The translations under genes were made by a program, and so were the position numbers. Positions 36,096-52,000 of a stretch of DNA of 64,000 bases are shown in pieces. The notes beneath the pieces were generated by a model. The model had not been told where the DNA came from, did not search any database, and saw only the letters and a program-made list of their open reading frames with translations. The stretch is from contig NOWV01000001.1 in the NCBI GenBank assembly GCA_003344405.1, positions 1,488,001 through 1,552,000 of the forward strand, in the 5' to 3' direction. The first letter of the stretch is position 1. Each line of letters begins with the position of its first letter. This stretch comes from Trichoplax sp. H2 (Eukaryota).

Positions 36096-39000
36096 TATTA
36101 ATCATAATTTCCCTGTTACAGCTACGACAGTCAATCAATCGATCGAATCTGTTTTAATACTGCAATAATAATTGCTGCCTATCTAGCCAGCCGGTAATCC
36201 ATCAACCGGTATAAAATTACAGCTGAAGGCTGTATCCATCATAAAAATGACAACTTGTTGAGTAATGTAATTTGAAATTCAATAGCAGTGAGTCAGTTGA
36301 GTATGTTGATGTTATAAATTTGCAACAGGAAAAAGTTAAAACTATTCTACAAATTACACTATGAACCTACGGTCAACTTTATCCTCCTTAATATCTACCC
36401 ACAGTACGACTCTAAATACTGACGATCTCCTATCGTCAGGAGCAACGATAATACAACGCTAGTCTCTCTGAGACATAACTGAATTCAAACATTAACGAAA
36501 AGTCAGCCAATTTGTAGAAAATCTGTATAAACTTTAGTGATCAGAACTTCGATAATATTATAAAACTAGGCAGTTATCTATTAAAAGTATGTATAATGTC
36601 ATAGATAACGGTATGTTATCTGACAAACATCATTAAAGTGTTTTGTAGGAAAAGCCACTTTTGTGATAGTTATCAAGATACTTTTCCCAGCATTTGCAAT
36701 ACAAGATAGTCATTTTTGGATTTGAAATGGTATTTTTGTCTGAATTGAACTAAATTTAAAGTAGGTTCGACTGATGATATCTAGTTAATGTATCAGAAAT
36801 ACCGTATAATACTGTAAATTCTTCATACGAGTTAGTAACATTTTATTTATTAATTTACAGTTAGATTGAATAATACGCGTCTACCATCTTTGAATAATTA
36901 GCTTTAATGTAGGAGACAGTAATCTTCCATTGCAACACATGTCAACAGCTAGGCATTGAGTTATGGTAAGGTAATCTAGACAATCATTCTAACTCATGAA
37001 ATCTTCTTATACAATAACTTTCAGTACAATGATAAAGATTTTATATAAAAGTTTGATTCTGTTAACAACAGTAATGTTTTTTTAACTGACTGTATTTGGG
37101 CAAAAATTTGATACCTTTGCAATCCCTGCATTCTAAGATTGTTTAGCATACAACTAAATCTGCAAAAGGTGAGTATCTTAACTTGTATTATTATTAAATC
37201 ACAAATGGTCTGCTATAATGCAGCTTCATCATCGATAGTCGGTATTATCACCTTTTGAAGAATTGAGTGGGATAATTAGAGACTCTTCTCTACAGTACAT
37301 GTCCTAATTGAGCGCCAAGATTGGATAAAAAATTTAAAGTCAGAATTCGAATTTGATATAGACTTCAGTTCTGCATTTTGTATAAAGATGAACTTTGTAA
37401 CTGAAAAAGGAAATTGAAAGTTAATTAAAAGTTATCGATATTGGCTTCAAATTGCGATTCTTGGTGTAATGATTTTGCAAATGACACCGAATGTTACTAT
37501 TTAAAATCTACATCAAATGCTCTTAACTTTAGTACAGTAGTTCGAAGTAGTAATTTAGCAAAGGCCTATTCTAGAACTTACATAGTATGTTATACTATTG
37601 TACTTACTAAAAACTTATACGAGTCTTTATTATTTATTCAGTATTTCCTGATAGACTCGTTCTCATTACGATTTACGATCTTAATATACTGCGTTGTGGA
37701 ATATGCCTACACAATGACTAGTGGTAATAGTAAAGTGAACGAATAGAATACAAAGAAATGTGCTTATCCAGTCGAATATATATATATATATATATTAGAT
37801 TCTGGAAATAGTTATTAATGGTAGGCATTGTATGTTCGTTTTATTTACTACATACGTAAATAAAGAAGGCTATCTATAGCGACATAGTATAATCGACATT
37901 ACATGTATATCAAAGCATATCCTTTAACATAAGTCTAGATAAAGATCAAAGAACACGAAGAAAATACACACAATGCATGATTTATTATTTAGAAGTAATA
38001 ATGAACATAGAAAGCTATCTTTCTAAAAAAGTTGATCAACATAAATCAAGTAATCAACGCCTGAAAGTATCCAAAAGGATTATCGATAATAAAGATTCGC
38101 TTGTATCATTTTATTGTATTAATCTATCAATCAGTATGAATACATTAAAGTTAAAAACTGAGACACATGAATGCCGAAAAAGGACCATTTCGTGTATGAC
38201 ATATTAGCAATAATAATTTGTAGACAACATTTAATTCATTAGCAAATTATATCATTATTATTTTGCTTTTTGAGTAACTTGGCAACTTAATCAAATAGAA
38301 GTTACCTAGTAGCTGGAGCTCTAGTTTCAACTCAAGTATGTTCTATTTAATTCAATCACATATTTTAACTACGTACATATCTTTTGAATTCCTATCATAA
38401 ATTATCGCAATTTTCTGTTAATTTGATGTAAATATTTATCGAATACCATCAAGTCAATAAACCCAATTAGTTAGAATACGCCCTATACTATTCTAAGAAA
38501 TGGCGAGGATCACGAGTCAATATATCATATGATATGTGAAACATATGGTACTATTCAAAAATTTGGATTAGATTAGGGTGGGGTTCTATCGATGATGCTA
38601 CTTACTTTTCTTGTCAGGGCGGATAAGATGAGGTAAATAAGGGTGGATCAATAAAAATTAGTAATCTCTTGACGTCAAATTTTGTTTAAATGATCATCTA
38701 CTTAGGTCTTAAATGCTAAATTGGATATAAATTAGGCAGACGATGATGCAATTTTAAAACATAGATTACTACAAGTAGAATATACTGTCGTATAGCGAGT
38801 AAATATCACTGAGATAATGCTGCTATTACGTCGCAGTTGAAGAGAAATCGTTATTTCTAAATGGAAATTATGAAAAGGAGACGATTATTAATGAATTGAT
38901 TATAATAGCTATCAAGTTTGATATTACAGTTAATATCATCTGCATATTATTTCAAGCTACTGTCGATACTACAACATGCTTTATTGTCAATTTCTCTTTC

Positions 39001-42000
39001 CAGAGTAATTGTAAAATTAGGATAATGTTGATGATATGCCGTAATTGGCAACCCTATCAGCGTCTTCTAAGAAACATTGAAAATGTTTTTTTCCCGTTAT
39101 ACTTCGTATTATCTAGCGCTAATATATCGTACGCCTTTATGCATCATTATTTAGGTAAAAAATTATCTCATAGCTCTAAACTAACAAAATTCTTGTAACT
39201 AAATCAAATTAGAAACGCTTCTCTGATGATTGCTAATATAGCTTTATTCTTATATTTTGAATGTTGATTTTTCATAATAGGAGAGTTTATCCTTACTCAA
39301 AAAGTCTCTATTATGGTCAATATTGGCTATTTTTAAAGTAAGATAGGTGGTAACAATGATGAATACCGTTGTCCATCTATGTATTACCTACATGCGTGGA
39401 TATATATTCCGTCTATGTGTCAAGAGAATCTTTGTTATGATAATCAATATTCCGCAATTTTTATCCAATTTCAATTTAAAATTTTCATGTATATCACCTA
39501 ATTGAATCAGGTATAAATATTCATGCCTGTTATATACATATATTTGTCCTATCGAGTCAGGTATATTAAAATCACCCCATATAAAGACATGATAGCAGTT
39601 TTACTGAAGTTAACCTTGTAAATCTTTCATGCCAGCTCTTTATTTTTTAATATGAGCTAATTTAATCAAGATAAGAAAAAAATAGTTAAAATCAATTGTA
39701 AATCTGTCGCAAATTGAATGGAAATCTATATCAACACGATTAACCTAGTTGTCGATGTCACTCTATACGTTGGGTCCGAGAAAGAAGACAAATTGTATCT
39801 ATTATTGCAATCATCATTGATATTCTACTAAACCATATTGTAGCGTTGCGTCCAGATGATTTTGTGTGTATTAAAAATTTGATCTTTTATCTGTAGATTA
39901 TACTTACAAGCCCACTATGAATCATCATTATTTTAATCTATTTTAATTGTCGCGTTATGATGACTAGATATCTCCACCTTTTCTTTCTTCTTAAACTAAT
40001 AGATATTGTCTCGATCATCAATGTAATATACGATCTGAAATATAAGTTACAATAGCATTAGCAACATCGTTAATAACCTGATAAATTACTGCAAGTCCTC
40101 ATCAAAACTTTCTATTGTTCTACCTTTTTTTCCCCCCCAAGTCAAATAGCGTTGATCTAATAAAAATAAATTATAAGTATATCTTTATACTCTTCCAGTG
40201 ACATTCCTACTCTATCCTACCGATATTATTTGCCTTAATCGATGCAATATAATAATAACGAAAAAAGTATAAAAATAGCATAGGAAAATAATTAGGGAAA
40301 ACTTACATCTAGAATATATTGTAGTTGATAGGATCCGCATTTTTGAAGCGTTTTAAATCACGAAATTGAAGTTAAATTATATCGATGAATCTTGGTCGAT
40401 ATTTTTGACATCTCCTTCAAAAATAAAGAGTGATTTAATCATAAAGGAAATAATAGCAAGGGCTGAATATGGGAGGAGTGGGAAGAAAATAACTCTAGAA
40501 GTTACTATTGATAGAAAATGAAGCAGAATTATTAATACCGGTAATAGATGTTGACTCATTACCGTACAGCAGCCTTGATCGTATGGCGACTGATTAGCAT
40601 TTTGTTCATTTGAATACAATCATTGACTAGTGTACCTTAACAGCTAAGCTATACTTTTTCTCCTCCTCTTATGAATAACGTCGTATTATAAAATACTCAT
40701 GACTCTGTATAATTCATATCTAAAAAATGTATTCTTCTAGCCAAGAATACAAGTTATAATACAGTAGTATTGATGATTCTTTTTCATCTCCATCTATTAT
40801 AATAGGAATAAAATAGAAATAGACTGGAATAGTTGAATATTATATTGTTCATGATAATTGATTTTTGTTCTACCCTTTATTTTTATCATTTTTTGTTGTT
40901 TCCGTTGTCTTATTCTTTAGCAACCCTATCCAATAACAATACCAGCGTCTATTTGCGTCTACAACAAGGAGAAAAATCGGTTGGAATCTTCCTAGCTATC
41001 ACTTCACTTGATCGATTTTTCCAAAGTCTTTTCCCAATTTGTGGAAACAATACACTCTACTTGTCCACATCCTACTACGATTGAACTATTGTCCATTGAT
41101 TATATTGTCGATACCATACTGAAAATTTACCCTTATTTCTTTACCAATTTTTTACATACGGATCTCTAACTTCCAGTCAGTACAAGGCGGATAAACCGAA
41201 ATTAGACAGCACAATCGTTCATCGATCGATTGCTCACTCACTGATCTATTGATTCCATTTTTGGCCTAAATTATTAGAAAGAGCCACGAAAAGCCTTAAT
41301 AACATCGAGAAAAAGCGGAAAGGAAAAGAGAAAAGGAATGTAAGTCTTTCATTTTGATTAGTCAGTAAGCTCTACTGGACATATCGTTAACTTTTTAATA
41401 CGGCTGCAAATGAATCATACTCAATTGAAGTTTATTATTTTTATTTTTTCTTAACTGTATATCCTATAGTAAATAGATTATGCAATTTTTAAATCTTCTC
41501 TATCAAAGAATTTTATCCATAATGCGATGATTGTTCATAAAGATTTGAAATCAATTCGTCATAAATTTTTATTATTACATCAAAAAACGTGATCGTAACC
41601 CAATCAGTAATTTTAGACTTTTACGTAGTATTGTAAAAGCCAGTATAAAATCGATCATCATCTATGTTAGTGATTTGAACAGATTAGTATGACAAATTAA
41701 TCAAGAAGATTGACGTAATAGAAGAAAGCTGATGATTTTTGCTCGTTGTAGTCGTCTTGAATGGTGTGTAGACAGATTTAAAATACACTCGTAGGGTAAA
41801 AATATCTAAGTAAAATGATGCTTTCTCGGTAATCCGTATTCTTTCTAGTTAGCGTACATTTTATGATAGACGTTTATACGTTACATAAGATTGGTTATAT
41901 TCTTCTTCTTATTTTTTACCAATAATTATGACTGATAAAAGGAGAAAATACCGTCTTGTGTTGAAATTCACAATACTTACTGTAGAAATTAGATATACAG

Positions 42001-43084
42001 TACAGTAGTCTTTGCGTATGCTAAAGTCTCTCACTCGATTGCCTTTATAATTGTATCATTTCAAGTTCTTCATTACAACTATCGTACTATTTTCCTCTTT
42101 TTGCTGTCTCGTTCTCCTTCTTCTCTCTACTACCGATTGATAATTTCCTAGTTTCAACCAAGTAGAAATCAGCAATATACTAATATGATCGTCAGTATTT
42201 GTCTTAACTTGAAGAAAGAGAGAGAGAGACAGAGCAACAACCTATCAGTTCGTAGACATAGTGCTGACATTATCATTTGATGCTTTACTCTTTTGATCAG
42301 TTTTATGATTTTCTTAAGAGAAATTCTTTTACTACTTGTATTTATGAATAACATAATTGTCATTTTTAGCGTGGATTACTTGTGTAAGTTATAGTTTCAG
42401 TATAAAATAGTGGTATATTATGTTCTTATTCTATTTTTGAATTTTTCTTACTAAAAATGAAGCTTATATGGAATAAAGTAGTCACGTTAAGTCAACGTTG
42501 TAAATCATCAGTTTAAAATCATGTATATACAATCATAGCATTTATAACCCGAGACAAATAGATTATTTAATATTGTTATAAATATGCTCCATCAGTAATC
42601 ATGTTATATTATCTTTGATCTATTTTTTCTCTATCCAGCTATGATAGACTGACCAATCATTTTATAACCAATCTTTTTTCGTTTGCTAGATTGATCGATA
42701 TTAACTTACATTTGGGTAATCAACATCATATCATCTATTAAACGAAGAATAGAACTTGAACAGACGCAAGCAATCCCTTTTCATTGTAGTATTGCGTGTC
42801 TGCCATTTTTCACACCGCTTTTGACTTACTACGAATTAAAAATTAAGCAATCGCTCTGCAAATAGTACCTTGATAAGGATATATTTTCACCCTAGTCAAA
42901 GCAAGATTATCGTACCAAGGCTTGGAGCTTTATAACCTTGTCGTTACAGACGAAAACTACGTCGAGTTATCATCCATTTCTCCCTCTTCCCTCCTTCAAA
43001 AGACGGTTGATTAATTTACATAGAAGAGTTGAATGATCTATCTATCCATGGTCTTATAAATTATTATATTCAGATTTAGAAAGA

Positions 43085-46000
43085 ATGTGGCCATCCAAGA
43101 TACAAAATGTATTCTTTGGGAATACAAATAGGTCTACTAGCCATAATGGGCATGATGGCGACGATTTTGAAGTGGTAGAACATTTACCTCAATTTTCACG
43201 ATTAACCGAAGAAGAAAGACAGCGTATTCAAGAAGTATTAAAAAAGCAAAAACAATTTGATGAGCAAAATCAAGCCCATGTAGAGTAAGTCAAGCTCAAA
43301 ATAAGATTTTTCTTTCAAGTGTAATCACTTGCGTTTTTTATTAGAATTTAATTTTATCATCATCAGATGTATTTACCGATAACTATAAGTTCATTATTAA
43401 TGTCGGCAGCGGATGATGTACCGTTGCCATCTATATATACAGTCCTTATGGTTGATGATAACATCACCGTGATGATCGTGATGATTCATCTCTATTATTG
43501 GGAGCAGGGAGGATTGGAAATGATAGATAAATGTTTTCCTTGATCATTTTCTTACAATTTTCTCTCCTTTCTAATTGAGTCTAAACAATTAGTCAGATAA
43601 CGATATGGATTAGTCGTAGGACTAAAGGCATCAAAAGTAGAAGATTTAGCGGTGTATTCTAGTCCATGTTCTATTTGTTAATGAAATAAGATGGACGATG
43701 CTAGTCCACTACATAATGATACTATTCCTGTGAACATGATCCATAAATATTTGTTGTAACGTTAGATGATAAAAACATGCAGGAAAAGCATCCAGCCGAA
43801 GTCTGAACAAAATATTGTACATTAGAGCAAGAATTTGTATAGCGTTGTGAAGAATAGTTGTCATCATTACTGCAGATAAACATGGATAGCTTTCGATAGA
43901 AAATATAATCAATATAGTTGTATTAAATTATGCTATCGCTATTATATATTTTCAATTAAATCATCTTTTATCATTGATGGATAATTTAAAATGATATCGT
44001 TATTCCTTTCGATCATGAGTCGATGGAAATCAAGTTACAACAAGTATGAAAATGATCAATTCGTTCGAATCGCCACGGTATACCAAATTCCTTAGAGTGA
44101 ATTGTTACTTTGACAACTATATTGATGCTAGAAAAATATAGACTAAATTACTATACAATTAAGGATACGCTAGAATTCCATCGGAAATGCTATTGTATGA
44201 TTGGAACGAATTTATATAATACGCATAACGTATATCAAAAGTTCAATTTAAAAGGGGACTACTCGCAGTTACAACTAGCTATAAAGATCAATAATATTGG
44301 TCTTTAATCTTGATCGTAGTTGTGGCTAAAATCTATCAGTAATTATATTGGATTAGTTGGTGTATAAAATAGCTTATAAGAAAAACGGTTAGAAAACTGT
44401 TATAAAAAGTAAAATTATAGAAAGAAATGAAATAGACGAAAGGGATAGTTCTTGTCTGCAAGGCTTTTTCTTCTCCTTTTTCTTATTAACGATGTTATAA
44501 TTTGGTCAACATCACTGATCTATGTCTTATACATAGAATGAAAATATTTAAAAAATGAACATACGCTCTTAAATTGATATTTTCCATTTTTTTGGGGGGG
44601 GCGATTTATCGTTCATCATTCAAAGACAGACATTCCATTTTCTTGGATATAAACTGTTCTCTTAGCTGTTATAAAATATCTCTTTGTAACTGCACCTTTC
44701 TCTGTCAGTCGTGCTTAAATTGCCCAATTTGATCGTCTTCTTTGTACGCCTAAAATTGTAGAAGGAATTACCAATCAAAAATTTTATAAGTTTATTAATA
44801 TAGGATAAAGGGTTGCTTATCTCGTTCATAAAGTCTTGTATCGCCAGATCTTCCATATTGAACAGTAAAAGTAAAAGTTGTTACAGAAGATTTCATTATC
44901 TTTGCCTTTCAAAAGTCGTTCAATCATCATGAGAAAGTACTTGGACTGTTGCAATGGATTTTACTTGAATTTTTAAGCTTTTTTTGTGCTATTGCTGTTA
45001 ATTCTATTTGGCAGCATAGCACTACACATTATTTTTAAATGCTCTCTTATTTCTTTCGACTTAATTTTATATACTTAAGTATTCTATATAGTTTCCATTT
45101 TCTTTTCTTTTTCAATTAATACGGTGCAAGTACCAAAAAATTGACATGTACTTTATGTATGAAGTTGTTTCTTGGCTTTCTATCATGATTTAGAGTGTAT
45201 TAGGATACATTAGCCATCGTGAAATTCATTTTAATCAACTTAGAATATTGAAATAGTTAGCGAATAACTAAACTGACATAGCATAGAAATAGGACATTTT
45301 TAGTTCAACACTCTAAACGATATCTTGACAAGGTATCGAATATCATTAAAAAAATAGTAATTGCATCAAGAATTTTACTTTTCATTTGGGTCAAGAGAAG
45401 AAGTTCAAATGTTATTGATATATCGAAATAAGACTCGTTAAGACTGTTCAATGAGTGTATTATTAGTTACAAAAGAATGTTTAGCTTTGAAACTTTTTAA
45501 TTATAAAACGTTGAAAATTTTAATAGCATTGATGCTATCTACTATGTACCAACAAATGACGATTCATTTTGAGCATCTTTGCTTGATCAGTTACTACCGT
45601 AAAGTAATTATAAAAGTGCAAAGAGGTCCAAATTTTTAACTATGTAAAGGGTATCTTAATTTTAACATTGCTATCGTCAATAGATGATATTCAATTTTAG
45701 AATCTACCACCAATATCTAGCCTAGTTGAAGGCTAAACTACAATATTGATCATATTGAATTTCATAACATCCAATTCATGATCAAATACTTGACAAGATT
45801 CCCTCAGGGACTTATCAATTCTACTTTGGCAAATGGATTTTTATTATTGAAAACTTATCCTATCATGGTTGTAAACTCCAGATAGTAAGCTGAATATTAA
45901 GCTCTTGATCCGTTTTTGGAATCATATCCTAATCATGCTGATAGATTACTTTTGAAATGATCTTAAGCGCTTGAGCAAAAGAATAAATAGTCCGTAGAAG

Positions 46001-49000
46001 AAAGTGAAAATACTAACATAGTCTATTGCTCGATTACCAGTATAAGCTATTGCTTTTCTTTCTATCAGGACAGTCATGATAAAATCTTGGAGTAACATCC
46101 TTTTCAGGCTGTATTCAATGCTATTATTTCCAATCTACTATTATAAACTTATTATTAGCAACTATACTCAAATGAGGATGTTCGTTGTTGGCAATCCTAC
46201 TCGCCACCATATAATATTGTCCATTTTAATTGCTTCAGTTAAAAATGAACTATTAGCATTGGCTTTTGGCAATGTACTATTACTATTATAAATCTCGAGC
46301 ATTCTTAGCAATAAATTTCTACTATAACATCCACAGTTATTCATACTGATTCGATCAAGTATATTGAATCACTTGGGTTAGAAAAAATACTCAAATAATT
46401 TAGCTATTGGATTGAATAATACTTTGATAGGCCCTATTGTCGATTTGGAGTATTATTTTAGAGTACGACAATACCTACTTAGCCAAATCTGTATTATTGT
46501 AGCCTACCAATGAATATCGGATGCCGATTAAGGCTCTTAATTAATAACTCAATAGGTAATGGAGTTTTAAGTTAAAACATGAAGTTATTTCAACAGTATA
46601 CTAAAATGTAGAATAGACCATTCTCCGAAGAATTCAATGCCCTTGGAGTACTTCATAATCGATACTTCTAGACCGTCCATTTCTAAGTATTTTTTACAAA
46701 TGGACGATTGAGTGACCATTTCTTTCAATCCCTGCAATTAATGATTTAATGACTAGAGTAGTGCGACTTTGCTTTATCAAGTCGAATTACTAATCACTAC
46801 TGTGGATTCTTTTTAATTCTATCTATGTTTAACCCTATCTTGACTTTCTTGAAAAATTTTTGTAACTTGACTAATTCAACAGCTAGAACTGTATAACTCT
46901 ACTTTAGATCGGTATTTAATCAAGTCTTTACCTTCTGAAAATATCGGTAACTTGAATCATTTCATGGTTAGGGGTATTAATGCCATTCTGCGGTAAATTT
47001 ATATTTAAGCCAATCTGTTCCCTCTAGGAAATACCCCATTACTTGAATGGTTTAATTACTAGAGTAATGCGATTCGCATGTAGACCTATATTTAATCCAT
47101 CCTTTACCTTCTTTAAATCTCAGTAATTGATTGATTTAATAGACCAGAGAAATGCGTCTGTGATTTATCCAGTCAAGTTACTAAATACTGCTCTGGATCC
47201 ACGTTCATTCTTTTCCTTTTTAAAATCTCTGTAGTTTTAATGACCGAATGACTAGAGTAAAGGAATTTTACTTTAACAAGTCGAGTCACTGCTTTAGATC
47301 CATTATAATTGAATCAGTCTTCTCTTCTGATCTGTTTCATAGATAGACTTTTTTTGTATTCCTATAAAGAATATTCCCATGACTGAGATATTCTTACCTT
47401 GAATCTATCATAGTAGCCTTTAAACGACATCAGTCTTATCTAGTAGTTTATACTATCTTAACTATTTTTTTGCCCAATGTCTTCCGTCTTTGAAGCTTTA
47501 TCCGTAATTTCTCCAGTGGGCAATTAAGCCGATATTTTTTACGAATGAGATTTCAATATCCTTGTCATTATTGACTTCACGGTTAGCGTAGTTCTAATTG
47601 AAACCATCCGTTCATCTGATCGATCATTAAACTACGCCAGCTTTTTAGCCATGGACTACTAAATTACAAACTTTGTAGTCCATGTTTATAGAGTATACTT
47701 TCTTTTTTGGCAATCTTAAATTTTATGCTTTCTCTAAATTTTTCATCTATATACTCTCCTTCTTTCGTGAACAAGTCAATTCACGTTGAGGATTATCGCT
47801 TTTATCCACGCGGGCAATTGGGCAGTGCAGTAAAAATTTATAATTTCGATTTTTCTGAGCAAGTTAGTAACCAACAACTCGTGTTTGAACTAGTGCTTAT
47901 ATTTTCCAATTATTCTAACCATGGATAAATTATATCAACCTACTCTATTTTGGCATCTTTTGCTCACTGCTTTTTCTTCTTTAACGCTTGATCACATGCT
48001 TTGATATAATTCGATGAGCAATTATTTCATCGAAGGGAATTTTCATATCCCTCGTAAAATTGGAATGTAATTGTAATAAAAGATGCGTTTAATTCTAGTG
48101 ATAACAAACCGAATCGAATGGCTGTCATTAAAGTGGAGATAGGGATATATCCAGGATTATTAGCTTACAGTAACATAATCGGGAAATAAAAATCATATAG
48201 AGTGGATAAAGGGGTAGAGCCATCGTCGACCTTGTCCATTCTTTTATTATACTAGTATTGTTGCTCATTACTTAAAGATTTAACATCTGCCTTAGCATAG
48301 CAAAAAGATAAAAAAAGCCCCACGTAAACGCCATGTTTGATAGTATTCTATCATCTATTTTGTCTATCCTTTCGTTTGCTTTTCTCCTTTATTTTTTACT
48401 GCTATGATTACCTATAAGTTGGAATTTGGAACTAGCAAAATGAATGTAATAGAATTTAAGAATTTGGGCGGTAATATCGCAGAAAAGTATATCCTTTTTG
48501 ACTATTATTGTTGCTGTTACTGGCAAGTTACTTGTTACTTAAGATTTTTAGCTAATGCGTTTACAGTCAAAGAAATTAAAAAGTCGTATAGAAACGCTTT
48601 ATATCATGGCAGTATTATCGTTGATCGTGTCCATTCCTTCATTTTATTAATATTATTACTTGGTGATTTTTGTTCCTTCTTGATTCTTATAACAATGCGA
48701 GAACATATGGATGGGCGATCATATCTCTATCACTGCACCATTTCCAAATATCTAACCATTGAAATTTATCGATACCTCGTTGATCGTTCACTTTTAATGG
48801 CGAGTTTTTACCTGCTTAGCAGGTAGAATATGAATAAATAGTTTATACAATCGAGTAGTTTAATTTTCGAAGAGGTAACCGTGAAGATTCCTAATTTCTC
48901 CCTAACTATCATCATAGCCATCATGTTTAGATTGATTTCAATCTGCTTGGAAAGCCATTCTATGACTTTCCTTTTATTTAAAGATGATGCTTCCACAGTA

Positions 49001-52000
49001 GGAATAAAATAGATTGAAATATATCCTATTTAGAGTGCTTTAATTTCGATTCGGATTGAAAAGGTTTCAATATGGAACATACCTAAACTAGTTCGCGACT
49101 TTGCTGAAATTCTTTTAAAAAAAATTTCTAAGAAGACTCTTATCCTGTGTCATTTTGTTATCACTAAAGTGGTTGATATCTGCTGTGGGCTAGAGGGTAA
49201 GAAAATACAGTAGACCATCTACGCTATCGTCGATCTAGAATCCAATACGGACTATTCTTCCTTTTTAGTATTCATTTTCTTTAAGCAAGATTATGGTATT
49301 AATGGGAACTAAAGGCCCACATAAATAGCATAATCCGTACCATTCTCGCTGCCGTCGGCTTAGAATCGAACGTCTACTTTTGTTTTCCTTTCACTAGTAC
49401 TATTACACACATTATAATTTTTTCTTACAGCAAAAGTGTCATTTCTTGTATGTTGACCAAAGGCACCAAAAATAGTAGAATCCATTTTTCTACTGATTGG
49501 TAGGTTTAAAGGGTAGAAAAATGAAACATCGTCGCCATCGTCGATCGTCATCTGTTTCATTTCTGCTTTAGCGTTAACATCATTTATTTTTCATAAAGTA
49601 AAATTATGTTGACGAAAGGTATCAAAGTTATTAGAATTCTTTAACTATCTATTGGTGGGGAAAAAGGGTAAAAAAATGGACCATCCAACTATCTCCGACA
49701 TATACGTTTACTTTATCTTTCCTATTTAGAATTGATATCATCCATTTTTTTCTACTGTATTTAATAAGGATTATGTTAGCGAAAGGTATCCAAAACATTA
49801 GAATCCCTTTCTTTGTAATTGCTCTGTACTAAGCAATAATAAATCAAAAGTTACTCTTTTCCATTCCTTAAAGGTTATCTTTTCATCCTAGTAATTTAGA
49901 AAGAATAAAAAGATAGATCAAATGATCATCTCATACAGTATACGAGTTTATCCAATACGTAATTTCGTCGAATAATTAGCCTGAAACGGATATCTACCCG
50001 TTTATGACTTTAGGGGATGTCAACAATTCCGTTATAGCCATTTTTCATCATCGTTTTTCACCCTTCAAGTGAAAGGAGCCACTTAATTTTGTCTTGCAAT
50101 ATCATAAAATTTACGGATTTTGCGACTAGTTTCAAATCGATTCATAATACATTATAGGCAACATGATTACCCATAAGGGGAAGGTAGACAATATAATTGC
50201 CTTTTAATATAAGAATTATAGCCGTGAATGTTGAACTTGGTATGTAACTTTATTATAAGATGCTTTGATTTAGAATGAAAAGTTAACTTTAAAAACTGAT
50301 TCTAAAATAACAACCACGATAATCAAAGGGGTAAAGGATAAAAGGGAAACTGCAAGGTGTTACTCTTCTTTTTCTATATTGTCTAGTTAGAGTGTCTAAT
50401 AAAAGTAACAAAAAATTTATAATCATCTCGAAGCAAAATTGATTGTTGAAGAATCCTGTGATCAAATTGAAACACTTCTTACCCTGTAATAAGAGTATAG
50501 CCAATTCAAGAGTGAAGAAGAGGCATGATAAGATTTTACTTGATAATTCTGAATGAATACTATCCAAAGTGTAAATAGTTTGATTGAACATCACTGCATT
50601 TATGATATTTTTATTTATGATGCTAGAGTAAATTGAATATTGATCGACGATGACAAAAATCTCTAACGTGATTTAAAACCTAGGTATCTATTTTATTTTC
50701 TACGTAGTAAATAAGTATAGCTGCGGTACTAGTATGCTATTGATTTAAGTCACGATAATAACAGGATTGAAACAATACTATAGCTGTAAATCTTCAATAA
50801 GGATTAATATATTACCGTAATATTTATTCAATATTTGAAGATAGCTTGATTACCAGTACTTTAACTATAATTTTAAAAGCATAAGGAAAGGTAATTTACA
50901 TCTCAGGTTCATCCCTACATATCTATCCAATGATATACCATTACCAAGCCACTTGGACAACAAGAATACACTAATATTGGAGCTTCTTTAGAATTGATAT
51001 CTATCTCGTGTTCTGTAATTTTTAAATCACTTTAATAATAGCAAGAATAAAGTAATATTGCAGCTTATTTAGGATTTATATCATATCTGCCTAGTATTAC
51101 ACAATTTACAGACCACATTGACAACAAGAATAAATAACATTACAGCTAGTTTAGGATATAAAATGTAGACCACTTTGACAATAAGAGAAAAATAAGAGAA
51201 GCGCTTTTTTAGAATTAATAGCTCCTCGATGATGATTATAGTTAACCGTATTTATTTGTCTTAACATGATAAGATCCCTTGATAATAACGACTCATTTTT
51301 AATATCGCAATAGACTAAAAAATAGCACTTTAGACGAGATAGGTGATCATCACTAGACGCACTTATTTGTCTTAACGTGATAAAACTCCTTGATAGTGAC
51401 TCATTTTTAACATCGGAATAGAGTAAAAAGTGCCACTTCAGATGAAATGGGTCATCATCATTATTGGCCGTATTTATTTGTCTTAATGTGATAGGATCCC
51501 TTGATAATTACTCTTTTTTTACACCGGAATAGACTAAAAATGACAACTTAGATGAGATGGCCTAGGAGAGAATTGAAAGAGAAGTGTCAATATCTGTCAG
51601 AGCATAAGCGATCGCTTTTTTTCTACTCATATTGCTAGGCTTCTCATCTTTCAGATGAAAATAAGATAGAAAAAGTAACGCTTAATCATCGATGATAACA
51701 GTTTATACGTAAAATAAGCAAGCTGTAATTTCGATGATACGATAATGGTTTAATCAGCACACTGTAAATCTTATGACAGTAGTGGAATCTCTTTGGATCA
51801 TTTTCATAAACGCCTGTCTTAACTTTATGTTTTTGTAAAGAGAACATGGTGTACGAAATGGGATTGATATTGCAAGACGCTAACGATATAGCAGTTTTAG
51901 AGAGACCACAATGAAATATTGCCTTCCGATATTCCGTAATATTGAGCCCTATCGTTTCGCTCTTAAATCATCTTGAAAGCTAAGCTACCTGTAGTTTTCC

